Of a stretch of DNA of 43,344 nucleotides, positions 9,021-18,054 are shown piece by piece. Both the position numbers and the translations under genes were made by a program. Under the pieces are notes generated by a model. The model had not been told where the DNA came from. It worked only from the letters and a program-made list of their open reading frames with translations, and did no database searches. Within the stretch, counting starts at the first letter, position 1. The number at the start of each line of letters is the position of its first letter. The DNA comes from Sulfurimonadaceae bacterium (GTDB lineage Bacteria > Campylobacterota > Campylobacteria > Campylobacterales > Sulfurimonadaceae): the NCBI GenBank assembly GCA_041571435.1, contig JBFFUI010000015.1, positions 1 to 43,344 of the forward strand, given 5' to 3'.

Positions 9021-10357
9021 TGAAACATTTTTTACTGCTTTTAGTCCCGATTTTTCTTATTGCAGAAAGTACACAAGTCTCTTCCATCCCGGTGCCGACG
9101 ACCTACATCCAGGTCATCGATATTGATGTGGATTGTGACAATGCATGTCTCAAAGCGCACCTCGATAATGGCCAGATCTTTACGTTTCTTGCTATTGCCG
9201 ATGACAAACTTGACTGTATGGAGCTTGATGATGAGCGTATGATCTACGTCGGTCTTTTCAACATCGGTTCGACCACGATGGTACAAGAAGAGCTTAAGAT
9301 CGCCATGATCCTGCCCTACAAGCTCATCGGCCGCTATGCCTACTCGACCTCCAATGCTGTCTTTGCCTACCTTTTGACGCGTAACCACCCCTTTGTCCTC
9401 AAGAACTTCCAGATCGAAGATGAGAGCCCTGAAGAGATGGAACGTGTCCTCGATGAGATCAAAGATGAAGAGTTTAACTATGTCATCGCACCTTTGACAC
9501 CGAAGGGCGCCAGAATAATCGTTGAGAACGAAGAGGACCTCAATGTCTATTTCCCGACCATCAACAAAAACGACATGAACACCAGTGCCGAAAACATCTA
9601 TTTCGGCGCTATAGACTATGAAGCACAGATCAGGAAGCTGACGCCGCGTGAAAGTTCGCCGCTTGTTGTGATGTACGACAAATCAGCCAAAGGCAAAAAG
9701 CTTTACGCACAGACCAAAGAGGCCTATATGGAGAGCGAACTCCCTTTCAAAGAGACAAGCAGGGAAGAGATCTACAATGAGCTGGACCTTGAGTATGATG
9801 AAAAACTTGAACCAAAGAAAAAGAGAGTCATCGCCTACGGTATCGACCGTAAGACGACCAACCTTAAATGGCACCTTGAAGACAATAAGATGATCCAGTT
9901 CGGAACATTCTTTCTCAACACACCGGTTATCAAGAGCACCATGATCATTTCACAACTTACAACATATGATACAAATGCCACCAATATCCTCTCAACACAG
10001 ATCAACTACGATCCGTTGATGTTCTCGATGACCCAGAAACAGGACCGTGACAACATGTTCATCGCCAATTCGATCAACATCAGCAACAACACCCTGGTCG
10101 AAGCCAACTCGCTTCTGAGCAATGACATCGTCTATGACTGGATCAACTACGCCTCAACGATCGGCGCGGACTACTTTTATCACAATATCACCCGTACAGA
10201 ACGCACCTATCAACTTCCTATGGTCAACAACCAGATCCTCTACCCCGTCTCTATTGTCAAGCCTTCAGGAACACGTTTTGAAGTTGTTGAAAAAGCCGAA
10301 GAGTTTGTTCTTGACGAATACGGAAATGTCGTGATCCAGAGAATGGAAGAGTTTTAA
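9017..10357 (+). CDS. Conserved Campylobacterota periplasmic protein (Cj0964-like), paralog 1
   Basis: Sec signal peptide; ATGA overlap with the udg stop; udg-X-ybgC arrangement as I recall from C. jejuni; strong similarity to the next ORF. Confidence 0.75.
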   Translation: MMKHFLLLLVPIFLIAESTQVSSIPVPTTYIQVIDIDVDCDNACLKAHLDNGQIFTFLAIADDKLDCMELDDERMIYVGLFNIGSTTMVQEELKIAMILPYKLIGRYAYSTSNAVFAYLLTRNHPFVLKNFQIEDESPEEMERVLDEIKDEEFNYVIAPLTPKGARIIVENEEDLNVYFPTINKNDMNTSAENIYFGAIDYEAQIRKLTPRESSPLVVMYDKSAKGKKLYAQTKEAYMESELPFKETSREEIYNELDLEYDEKLEPKKKRVIAYGIDRKTTNLKWHLEDNKMIQFGTFFLNTPVIKSTMIISQLTTYDTNATNILSTQINYDPLMFSMTQKQDRDNMFIANSINISNNTLVEANSLLSNDIVYDWINYASTIGADYFYHNITRTERTYQLPMVNNQILYPVSIVKPSGTRFEVVEKAEEFVLDEYGNVVIQRMEEF

Positions 10358-10379
10358 GCGACAGGCGCATCAGCCCTCT

Positions 10380-10409
10380 GCCCTCCCTTGCATGGAGGGC
10401 CTTTTATTT
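10380..10409 (+). terminator. Intrinsic terminator between the tandem paralogs
   Basis: GCCCTCC-cttgcat-GGAGGGC followed by cttttattt. Confidence 0.7.
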
Positions 10410-10453
10410 CATCTCTTCTGCTACAATCTCATTTTATATAAGGTCTATGCGCA

Positions 10454-11572
10454 ATGAAACTCTTTCATTTTTTATCTCTAGTTGTACTCATGTTTTTACT
10501 AAGCAGTTGTGCTCAACGAAGTCCGCTCTCTGCCCCATCGACGGCAGTACAGGAGGTCAGGGTCGCAATGATCCTGCCGGAGAGACTTATCGGCCGTTAT
10601 GCGCACACAACGTCAACTGCCGTCTTTGCCTATTTTTTGACACGCGGACATCCCTACAAACTAACGACATTCCAGATCAACGACGAAGGAGCGGAGGAGA
10701 TCGCACGTGTGTTGGACGAGATCAAAGAGCAGGCATTTGACTATGTCATCGCACCGGTCACGCCCAAAGGGGCAAGAGTAATTGCCGAGCAGGAGGATGA
10801 GCTGACGATCTTTTTCCCAACAGTGCATAAAAACGATCTTGGCTACGCAGCCAATAACATCTACTTCGGTGCTATTGACTACCGGGCACAGATAGAAAAG
10901 CTGATCCCTTTTGCCACTTCACCGCTGGTCGTGATGTATGATCAATCGGCCATGGGCAAGAGACTGTTGGCGATGACAAAGCAGAGCTATCTTGAGAGTG
11001 AAGGAGCTTTTCTGGAAACGGCCAGAAAAGAGCGGGCAGCCGCAGAGAAAGTGGCCTATAACGCTGCGCTTGAACCCCAAAAGAGAGAGGTCATCGCTTA
11101 CCAAGTTGCCAAAAAGAGAAGCAACATGAAAGCGTATTTCCAAAACAATGAGAAGATCCAGTTCGGTACCTTCTTTCTGAATACACCAGTCATTAAAAGT
11201 ACGATGATCCTATCGCAGCTCTCCGTCTATGACACCGACGTCACCAATGTACTCTCGACACAGATAAACTATGACCCGCTTCTGCTCACGATGACGCAGC
11301 AAAAAGACCGTGCAAGACTCTATGTCGCCAACTCTATCAGCATCCAAAATGACAACATTATCCAGGCCAATACGCTGTTAAACAACGATGTCGTCTACGA
11401 CTGGATCAACTACGCCTCAACAGTCGGTGCGGACTATTTTTATCACAAGATCACCGGAGAGGATCGTATCTATGACCTGCCTGTCGTCAACAACCAGATC
11501 GTCTACCCTGTGGCCATAGTACACCCATCACAAGCGCGCTTTAAGGCGATAGAAGAGCGTAGACTTCCTTAA
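10454..11572 (+). CDS. Lipoprotein paralog 2 of the Cj0964-like protein
   Basis: Lipobox LLSS|C; shares LIGRYA, IQFGTFFLNTPVIKSTMI, LSTQINYDPL, VYDWINYAST with 9017..10357; own TGcTACAAT extended -10 at 10419-10427. Confidence 0.8.
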   Translation: MKLFHFLSLVVLMFLLSSCAQRSPLSAPSTAVQEVRVAMILPERLIGRYAHTTSTAVFAYFLTRGHPYKLTTFQINDEGAEEIARVLDEIKEQAFDYVIAPVTPKGARVIAEQEDELTIFFPTVHKNDLGYAANNIYFGAIDYRAQIEKLIPFATSPLVVMYDQSAMGKRLLAMTKQSYLESEGAFLETARKERAAAEKVAYNAALEPQKREVIAYQVAKKRSNMKAYFQNNEKIQFGTFFLNTPVIKSTMILSQLSVYDTDVTNVLSTQINYDPLLLTMTQQKDRARLYVANSISIQNDNIIQANTLLNNDVVYDWINYASTVGADYFYHKITGEDRIYDLPVVNNQIVYPVAIVHPSQARFKAIEERRLP

Positions 11573-11574
11573 CA

Positions 11575-11958
11575 CTATTGCGGCGAAAGCAGTCTGCCCA
11601 GCATCGCTCTTGTCTCGTCATCAAATCGCCCGATCTCACCGTCATGGGTCAGGTAAGCTAACTTAATCTTCATGGCAAAGATCTTCTCATCGCCTCTGTA
11701 GATGGTCTGTCGCAGTGTAAAAGAGGCGAATTTCAACGAGAGCAGTTCCGTTTTCACCTCGAGTACATCGGCAAAAAGTGCCGGTTTGATGTAGTCCGCC
11801 TCCAGCGACTTTGCTACAAAATGGCCGCCATCAAGTACCGGGGACTGTCCCTTGGAAAAGAAAAGCTCACTCCGCGCCCGCTCGCAAAAGTTTAAGTAGT
11901 TGGCGTGATAGACCACCCCGCCAAGATCGGTATCTTCGTAATAGACGCGTATTTTCAC
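11575..11958 (-). CDS. ybgC: YbgC/FadM family acyl-CoA thioesterase
   Basis: RVYYEDTDLGGVVYHANYLNFCERAR signature. Confidence 0.93.
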   Translation of the reverse strand: MKIRVYYEDTDLGGVVYHANYLNFCERARSELFFSKGQSPVLDGGHFVAKSLEADYIKPALFADVLEVKTELLSLKFASFTLRQTIYRGDEKIFAMKIKLAYLTHDGEIGRFDDETRAMLGRLLSPQ

Positions 11959-12130
11959 AGTCGTATTTCCTTTGTATCGCTCTAATCATCGACACTTCAA
12001 GCAGCGCTTTCGTATCGTCGACTGAACGCATTTTATCCTCTTACAGCTGTGATTTCAACGTCCAAAGACAGGTGGTATCTCTGGAGCGCAAACACGGCAT
12101 ATGAGAAGTAAAAAATAAGCTGATAGGCCG

Positions 12131-13156
12131 TTAGAGGTTCTCCAAAAGTATCTCTTCGTCGGACTCTTGAAAGTATTCAAGCCGCTCTTCGGCGCGTTTA
12201 AGGTCCTTGAACTCGGCGATATGAAAGAGTGCATCGCCTTCGTGGATCAGGGGGATCTGCGTTTTGCCGATGATGACACCGTCATCCGGCGCAAGCACGT
12301 CATAGCTTACATCATCGAAAAGACCATGGATACGTGCTATCGGTTCACCCGATATGACCACATCGCCAAGATCGCTTAACAGCGTTACTATACCGCTCTC
12401 AGCGGCGCGAATCCAGTTGCTGGTCTTGGAAATGACCGGTTCTCTTTTCTTACTTTTTTGGGCCACTTTTGGCAACATATCGTTGGCTCTCAGAACATTA
12501 ATGATTCCTCTCACACCAATCTTTATCGCCTTTTCATTAAACCGTAACGCCTCCCCTGCTTCGTACAGAAGTACCGGTGTACCCTGGTCCTGTGCTATTG
12601 CCCGAAGGGATCCATCTCTAAGCTGCGAGTGCAGGATCACCGGTGCTTCAAACGCTTTTGCAAGCATAAGAGTGTGTTCGTCTTCGATATTTGTACGGAC
12701 CTGCGGCAGATTGGTCTTATGGATACTTGCCGTGTGCAGGTCGATGCCAAGGTCGGATTTACGGACGATCTCATCAAGAAATGTCTTCGCCAGACGTGAT
12801 GCAAGAGAACCTTTTGATGAGCCTGGAAAACTTCGATTTAGATCACGGCGGTCAGGCAGATAACGCGAGAGATTTATCGTACCGTAGATATTGACGACAG
12901 GCACAAATATAAGGGTGCCTTTGAGCTTGTTGAGAAGTACTTTCTTGCGTACACGGCGGATTATCTCTATGCCGTTAAGCTCATCGCCATGGATCGCAGC
13001 ACTGATAAAGACCGTCGGGCCCTCTTTTTTACCCCGTATGACATGCACCTGCAGTGAGGTCGGTGTCCCATAGAAGTGCGGCAGTTCGATCTCGATACGT
13101 CTCTTGGTACCTTTTGGTACTTCGATCCCGCCTAGCACAAAAGGATCAGTACTCAT
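12131..13156 (-). CDS. Succinylglutamate desuccinylase/aspartoacylase family protein (M14-like Zn hydrolase)
   Basis: AAIHGDELNG, DLNRSFPG, DLHTAS, YEAG; start moved to ATG 13156 (SD GGAG). Confidence 0.92.
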   Translation of the reverse strand: MSTDPFVLGGIEVPKGTKRRIEIELPHFYGTPTSLQVHVIRGKKEGPTVFISAAIHGDELNGIEIIRRVRKKVLLNKLKGTLIFVPVVNIYGTINLSRYLPDRRDLNRSFPGSSKGSLASRLAKTFLDEIVRKSDLGIDLHTASIHKTNLPQVRTNIEDEHTLMLAKAFEAPVILHSQLRDGSLRAIAQDQGTPVLLYEAGEALRFNEKAIKIGVRGIINVLRANDMLPKVAQKSKKREPVISKTSNWIRAAESGIVTLLSDLGDVVISGEPIARIHGLFDDVSYDVLAPDDGVIIGKTQIPLIHEGDALFHIAEFKDLKRAEERLEYFQESDEEILLENL

Positions 13157-13157
13157 A

Positions 13158-14084
13158 TCATGCTCCAATGCTGTCTTTTTTACGGCGACGTTTCTTGTTG
13201 TCTTCGAGCGGTGAGATATTGGCATCGATATAGTTCATCACTTTACCGGCGATATCAAGACCGGTGGCCTTTTCAATACCCTCAAGGCCCGGCGATGAGT
13301 TTACTTCCATAACCAGCGGACCGCGGTCGGATGGGATCATGTCAACACCGCAAACCCCCAGCCCCATCGCTTTGGCAGCGGCAACGGCCGTCGCCTTCTC
13401 TTTTCGGTTGAGTTTATAAGCGGTCGCACTGCCCCCTTGATGGAGGTTGGATCTAAAGTCCCCCTCGGCCCCTTGGCGTCGCATTGCACCAACAACTTCG
13501 CCACCGACAACCAGGGCACGGATGTCTGCACCCCCGGCCTCTTTGATAAATTCCTGGACCAGCAAGTTGACCTCCATACCGTAGAAAGCATCGAGAACGG
13601 ACTGTGCAGCTTTCTGCGTCTCTGCCAAAACCACACCCACACCCTGCGTGCCTTCGAGGATCTTAAGGACCAGCGGTGTACCGCCGCTGAGTTTAATGAC
13701 ATCTTTGGCGCTGGCCTTGTTCGAGGCGAAGACCGTCTTCGGCATATCGACACCATGCTGTGAAAGGACCTGCAGGCTTCTGAGCTTGTCTCTGGACCTT
13801 GCAATCGCCAGATTGCCGGCAACACTGAAGGCACCCATGATCTCGAAGTGACGCACCATGGCCGTTCCGTAAAATGTACGGCTCGCCCCGATCCTCGGGA
13901 TGATAGCATCAGGCACTGCCAGCAGTTCACCGTTATAGACAACCTGAAGCTGCCCTTTCATGATCTCTATAGAGCACATCAGATAATCGATCACACGAAC
14001 CTTCCAGCCTTTTGCTTCGGCTGCCTCCACCAATCTTTTCGTTGAATACAGCTTTGAATTTCTAGATAGAATATAAACGGTCAT
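13158..14084 (-). CDS. rimK: RimK-family ATP-grasp alpha-L-glutamate ligase
   Basis: [57 protein letters not shown]. Confidence 0.95.
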   Translation of the reverse strand: MTVYILSRNSKLYSTKRLVEAAEAKGWKVRVIDYLMCSIEIMKGQLQVVYNGELLAVPDAIIPRIGASRTFYGTAMVRHFEIMGAFSVAGNLAIARSRDKLRSLQVLSQHGVDMPKTVFASNKASAKDVIKLSGGTPLVLKILEGTQGVGVVLAETQKAAQSVLDAFYGMEVNLLVQEFIKEAGGADIRALVVGGEVVGAMRRQGAEGDFRSNLHQGGSATAYKLNRKEKATAVAAAKAMGLGVCGVDMIPSDRGPLVMEVNSSPGLEGIEKATGLDIAGKVMNYIDANISPLEDNKKRRRKKDSIGA

Positions 14085-14097
14085 AATGTTCCTTGTC

Positions 14098-14523
14098 TTA
14101 TTGATTTTGTTGGCTTAGGTTTTCCTGTGAGACGTCGACCAGGAATCGTTTGTTCAAAAACTTTCGGCCGATCAACATCGGAAATTTCATATCCGAACGG
14201 TCGGTAAGTGAGATCACCGTTTTATACTCTTTACCGAAAAAAAAGACGGTCACTTTGATGGACGGGCGCATCTGCACCTCACCGTTGGAACTTTTTACTT
14301 TTTTGACCTTATAGAGCGGCATGACCATCTTTCTGCCGTGATAGGCAGGATGCACTTCATCCAGAAGCATAAAGTGGACAAAACCTTTCTCATCGATAAA
14401 GATATCGTCACAATGGAGGGCATTCGAGTCTGCACCCGTGTCCACTTTTGCATCTAGATCAAAAAGTTCCAAATCCAAGATGGAGATGAGCTCTCTTCTG
14501 CCTACTATTTTTTTTTCCGGCAT
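14098..14523 (-). CDS. RimK-associated retropepsin-like protease (RimB / 'ATP-dependent zinc protease' family)
   Basis: [13 protein letters not shown] aspartic motif, VKSSNG...[20 protein letters not shown]; start ATG 14523 with SD AAGGA. Confidence 0.92.
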   Translation of the reverse strand: MPEKKIVGRRELISILDLELFDLDAKVDTGADSNALHCDDIFIDEKGFVHFMLLDEVHPAYHGRKMVMPLYKVKKVKSSNGEVQMRPSIKVTVFFFGKEYKTVISLTDRSDMKFPMLIGRKFLNKRFLVDVSQENLSQQNQ

Positions 14524-14897
14524 TATCGTTCCTTGCTGAAAGCGATCAATCGACACGCGTTTTCGACTTCAAAACCGTGTCACCTGAATTGCTTTCAGAA
14601 TTTTTAGCTGATGATATATCTACTCTAATCATACTACGTTTTTAATTTATCATTCTCGTAAAACAGCTTGTTTTTGCCTATATAACAGTTTTTTTGCATC
14701 ATACCATCTCCGGTAGTCCGGTCGATCGCGTTTGCGGTGTTGATAGAGCAAGAGAGCGCATCGCCCATGCTGTTTCTATGATCACAGTAAGAACGTTCAA
14801 TGTACGCGTAGCTTTGCCGGCCTGTTCGTCAAACCGATCAGACTGCAGGTGTCGGATAGTTGTATTTTTCGTAGGAGAGGGGCTTGTTTACTCGAAG

Positions 14898-15113
14898 TTA
14901 CTCTTGTTCCTGCGCCTGAGACAGGCACTTTTCATATGCTGTCTCGCACGTCTCGTAACACTCGGACGAGCCATCTTCGGCTTTGTCACATTTTTCGACA
15001 CAAGCGTCATGCGACGTGTCACATTTGGCAGCAGCATCCATCTCTTCTGCAGCCAAGGACGTCAAAAGCAGTGACAGGATCACAATAGGTTTCAACATTG
15101 ACATTATGTTCAT
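14898..15113 (-). CDS. Small secreted cysteine-rich hypothetical protein (71 aa)
   Basis: SD AAGGA 8 nt upstream of ATG; hydrophobic signal peptide; six Cys spaced 6-3-9-3-6. Confidence 0.8.
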   Translation of the reverse strand: MNIMSMLKPIVILSLLLTSLAAEEMDAAAKCDTSHDACVEKCDKAEDGSSECYETCETAYEKCLSQAQEQE

Positions 15114-15409
15114 TCAACGATTCCTTATCATTCATATTTACAATCATGCGTAAGATTGATTTGTTAGGCTGCCCTTGCTGCTTCTACTGCAGGAGTGTAC
15201 CTGAACAAAAACAGTATTGAGCTTCAAATTACAGGAACATACCGATAGAACCGCACGCCGTATCGATAGGCAAAAATAACTTCATATTATACTGTCCGAA
15301 CGCAAATTATACTCCCAAAAAAAATATTTTCTGCTGAATTTTTTCTTAATCATGACAGGGCTGTTTCTTGTGTTGCACCGGCATCGTCAACTTTTATCAG
15401 CCCGCTCAC

Positions 15410-15491
15410 TGCTCTGTTTTTCTGCCACTTTGATGATCTCTTCTGCAGCAGACCCCTAAAGTATGGCTTTGCGGCTTACCTTCGGTTCACC
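15410..15491 (-). pseudogene. Possible decayed universal stress protein (Usp) fragment
   Basis: Translates GEPKVSRKAIL*GSAAEEIIKVAEKQ with an internal TAG; resembles the Usp G-x-x-A-E-E-I-x-x-x-A segment; short match only. Confidence 0.3.
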
Positions 15492-15691
15492 CTATTTTAT
15501 AGCCACAATTTATCCAAAAAAGGAGTATAATTTTCTACTCATATTGATGGCAGACTTTTGTAAGAGAGGAAGCCTATGGGGCATAGGGGTTGCTTCTGGT
15601 GGCCCCCGGTTTTTTCTCGGCTGTGTTTGGTACCTTTTATCAAACCTATGTTTCTTAATAGAACACACGTATTTTTATCTTTATCGAGGAC

Positions 15692-15952
15692 ATGATGAAA
15701 GTATCTGATCTTGTATTGGAAATGGAACGTAGTGGCGTTGATGCGGCTGATATTGCCGACATTATGACACTTTGCGAAAGCAAAGGGTTTGACAGTGAGA
15801 TGATGGATGACGAGCTCCTTAAACGGGGTTACGACAAGATCTTCTCAGTAGATTATGATGATTATGACGAATATGACGATTACGATGAGTGGCAGGATGA
15901 CACCTACATGTCCGTCGAAAAATTCTCGCATAAACACCATTACACTGACTAA
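15692..15952 (+). CDS. Small acidic hypothetical protein with DYD repeats and a His-rich C-terminus
   Basis: SD GAGG; 26 of 86 residues are D/E by my count; ends HKHHYTD. Confidence 0.8.
   Translation: MMKVSDLVLEMERSGVDAADIADIMTLCESKGFDSEMMDDELLKRGYDKIFSVDYDDYDEYDDYDEWQDDTYMSVEKFSHKHHYTD
15851..15886 (+). repeat. Imperfect 9-bp tandem repeat x4 (in-frame, D/E-Y-D)
   Basis: GATTATGAT GATTATGAC GAATATGAC GATTACGAT. Confidence 0.85.
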
Positions 15953-15960
15953 GGACGATA

Positions 15961-16356
15961 ATGAACAACAAAGAATTGATCCGCGAATACTATGAGATGT
16001 GGAACAGTCAGGATTTCAGCAAAGCAGACACGCTGCTTGATCCCGATGTCCGCTTCCGCGGATCACTTGACATCACGGCTAACGGTATCGAAGGCTTTAA
16101 AGAGTACGCCAACATGCTTATGACCGCTTTTCCAAATCTATACCACGCCGTCGAAATCACGGTGCAGGAGAACGACCTTGGTGCTGTCTACGTCACCTAT
16201 ACCGGTACCCATAAAGGACCGATCTTCAATTATGCGCCGACAGGCAACCGTATCTGCTATTCCGGCGCATCGTTTTTTCAGTTCGGAGGCAATAAGATCG
16301 TTAGCATCAACGTGCTTGGCGATTTGAACTCGCTGCATAAACAACTCGCCCAATAG
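15961..16356 (+). CDS. SnoaL-like ester cyclase / NTF2-fold protein
   Basis: NKELIREYYEMWN, AFPNL, GTHKG, PTGNRI motifs; SD AAGGA. Confidence 0.88.
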   Translation: MNNKELIREYYEMWNSQDFSKADTLLDPDVRFRGSLDITANGIEGFKEYANMLMTAFPNLYHAVEITVQENDLGAVYVTYTGTHKGPIFNYAPTGNRICYSGASFFQFGGNKIVSINVLGDLNSLHKQLAQ

Positions 16357-16393
16357 TAAACATTGGCGACGGGCAGTTAAGACCCACTTTTTA

Positions 16394-16415
16394 TCGGAGT
16401 GCTTCTGCACTCTGA
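16394..16415. terminator. Hairpin between the convergent SnoaL-like gene and mgtE
   Basis: TCGGAGTGC-ttct-GCACTCTGA 9-bp stem (one G-T pair); no clear U-tract. Confidence 0.35.
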
Positions 16416-16439
16416 ATACCTCTTTTCACCACACATCTC

Positions 16440-17801
16440 TCAAAGCAGGATTAAACTCGCTAGTCCGAGAAAACTGAAAAATCCGACAATGTCCGTTACG
16501 GTTGTCAGAAGCACCGACGAACCGATAGCCGGATCGATATTTGCTCGTTTGAGCAGCAGAGGGATCACGGCGCCAAAAAAACCAGCGGAGAAGATGTTGA
16601 TGATCATCGAGATCGCAATAACGATCCCTAACAGCGGCAGAGAAAACCACAGGCCTGCGATGACACCGATGACTATTGCAAAGAGCATACCGTTCATCAA
16701 AGCGAGATAGACCTCTTTCATAATTGTCTCTTTTGCATCGCCGCCGCTGATATCACCAAGTGCCATTTGACGAACCGTTACTGTCAGCGTCTGCGTACCG
16801 GCATTACCGCCCATCGAAGCGACGATCGGCATCAAAATCGCAAGCGCCACAAGCGATTGCAACGTTGCATCGAACATTCCGATCACCACGGAAGCCGCGA
16901 TCGCCGTCATCAGATTGATGCCAAGCCAGAACGCCCGGTGCTTTCCGATCTGAAGCAGACTCTCTTTTTGTTCGCCCGCTTCACTGACCCCTGCAAGATG
17001 GTAGAGTTGACCGGTCGCACGTTCTTCGATGATATCGTAGATGTCATCTGAGGTGATACGCCCAAGCAGTTTCTGTTCGTCGTCAACAACAGGTATAACG
17101 TTCATGTCGTAATTCGATGCAATCTCGACGACATTGTGGATATCCTCAGTTGCATTGACACAGATCGTATTCACACCTTCTTTCACCAACGCTTCGTAAT
17201 GCACTTGGGGTCCAAGCAAGATCAAGTCTTCAAGCGCAATTGAACCTATAAAATCATCTTCTCTTGTCGTGACATAGACCTGATAGACATTGTCAAGTTC
17301 TTTAGCCTTTTTGAGCGCTTTTAGACGACGAATCGAATCGCCGACCTGCTCGTCCAAGTAGGCTCTGAAGAGTTCCGTCTGCATATAGGCACCGGCCTCG
17401 TCATCACCGTAAGCAATGAGCTCTTCAAGTGTCTGGCGGTCCTCCTGGGGAAGTTTCTGAAGTACCTCTTCGGCCATTCCCACGTCGACCTCTTCAAAGT
17501 TCCGGATCAGTTCTGCCGCATCATCCGTATCGAGGGTATTGGTCATCTCTGCAAGTTCATTGGAAGAGAAGTGTTCGAGCACCTCTTCGTGACAATGTTT
17601 TGGCAGTTCTATCAGAACCTGCGCTTTGAGCTCTTCGGGAAGTCGGGCAAGTTTTTCAAGATAAAGTACCTCATCATACTCACGGATCTCCAACAGCAGT
17701 TCTGAGATGTCATAAGGGTGGACTATGTTGTCCATGCTCGACTCATAGTCGTGAACACTGTTCTCAAACATCTCGACCAATTCTGGCAGTGGTGTACGCA
17801 T
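16440..17801 (-). CDS. mgtE: Magnesium transporter MgtE
   Basis: N-domain (HPYDI, DTDDAAE), AGAYMQTE, CBS pair, PIVASMGGNAGTQ, DPA...LTTVTDIVGF. Confidence 0.96.
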   Translation of the reverse strand: MRTPLPELVEMFENSVHDYESSMDNIVHPYDISELLLEIREYDEVLYLEKLARLPEELKAQVLIELPKHCHEEVLEHFSSNELAEMTNTLDTDDAAELIRNFEEVDVGMAEEVLQKLPQEDRQTLEELIAYGDDEAGAYMQTELFRAYLDEQVGDSIRRLKALKKAKELDNVYQVYVTTREDDFIGSIALEDLILLGPQVHYEALVKEGVNTICVNATEDIHNVVEIASNYDMNVIPVVDDEQKLLGRITSDDIYDIIEERATGQLYHLAGVSEAGEQKESLLQIGKHRAFWLGINLMTAIAASVVIGMFDATLQSLVALAILMPIVASMGGNAGTQTLTVTVRQMALGDISGGDAKETIMKEVYLALMNGMLFAIVIGVIAGLWFSLPLLGIVIAISMIINIFSAGFFGAVIPLLLKRANIDPAIGSSVLLTTVTDIVGFFSFLGLASLILL

Positions 17802-18054
17802 ACTAACTCCTTAACAAAACAGTACTTGCACCAACCAAAAAAGCTACTTAGCAACGTTCTTTTGCGCACGATTCTGCCTATAAACTCCTGACAAAACTTT
17901 GCACTCTTTTGACCTTTTGCATCCGAAACTTGCTTAGGGACTTCATTTTAAAGTGTTGGTTTTATAAAAATGTCGATTGTGCCTATTTTTTTACCTCTAA
18001 ATTCAAATAAAAAGGTGTATATTGATGATTGTAGATGAACCAATGAGGAAAATA

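Noticed and set aside
14508..14516. A9 tract near the start of the RimB-like gene as a phase-variation site
   Set aside because: In frame (EKKI); A/T runs are common here, and Campylobacterota contingency tracts are mostly poly-G/C
13158..15113. RiPP (graspetide) cluster made of the ATP-grasp ligase plus the Cys-rich peptide
   Set aside because: The ligase has classic RimK motifs, and the peptide has a Sec signal rather than a RiPP leader/core repeat
15851..15886. Short repeats as a CRISPR array
   Set aside because: Contiguous 9-bp coding repeats with no spacers and no cas genes
17802..18054. Possible M-box (ykoK) or c-di-GMP-I riboswitch upstream of mgtE (repeated GCAAA on the minus strand)
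   Set aside because: I could not build the conserved stems or core motifs of either family; an Infernal scan would be decisive
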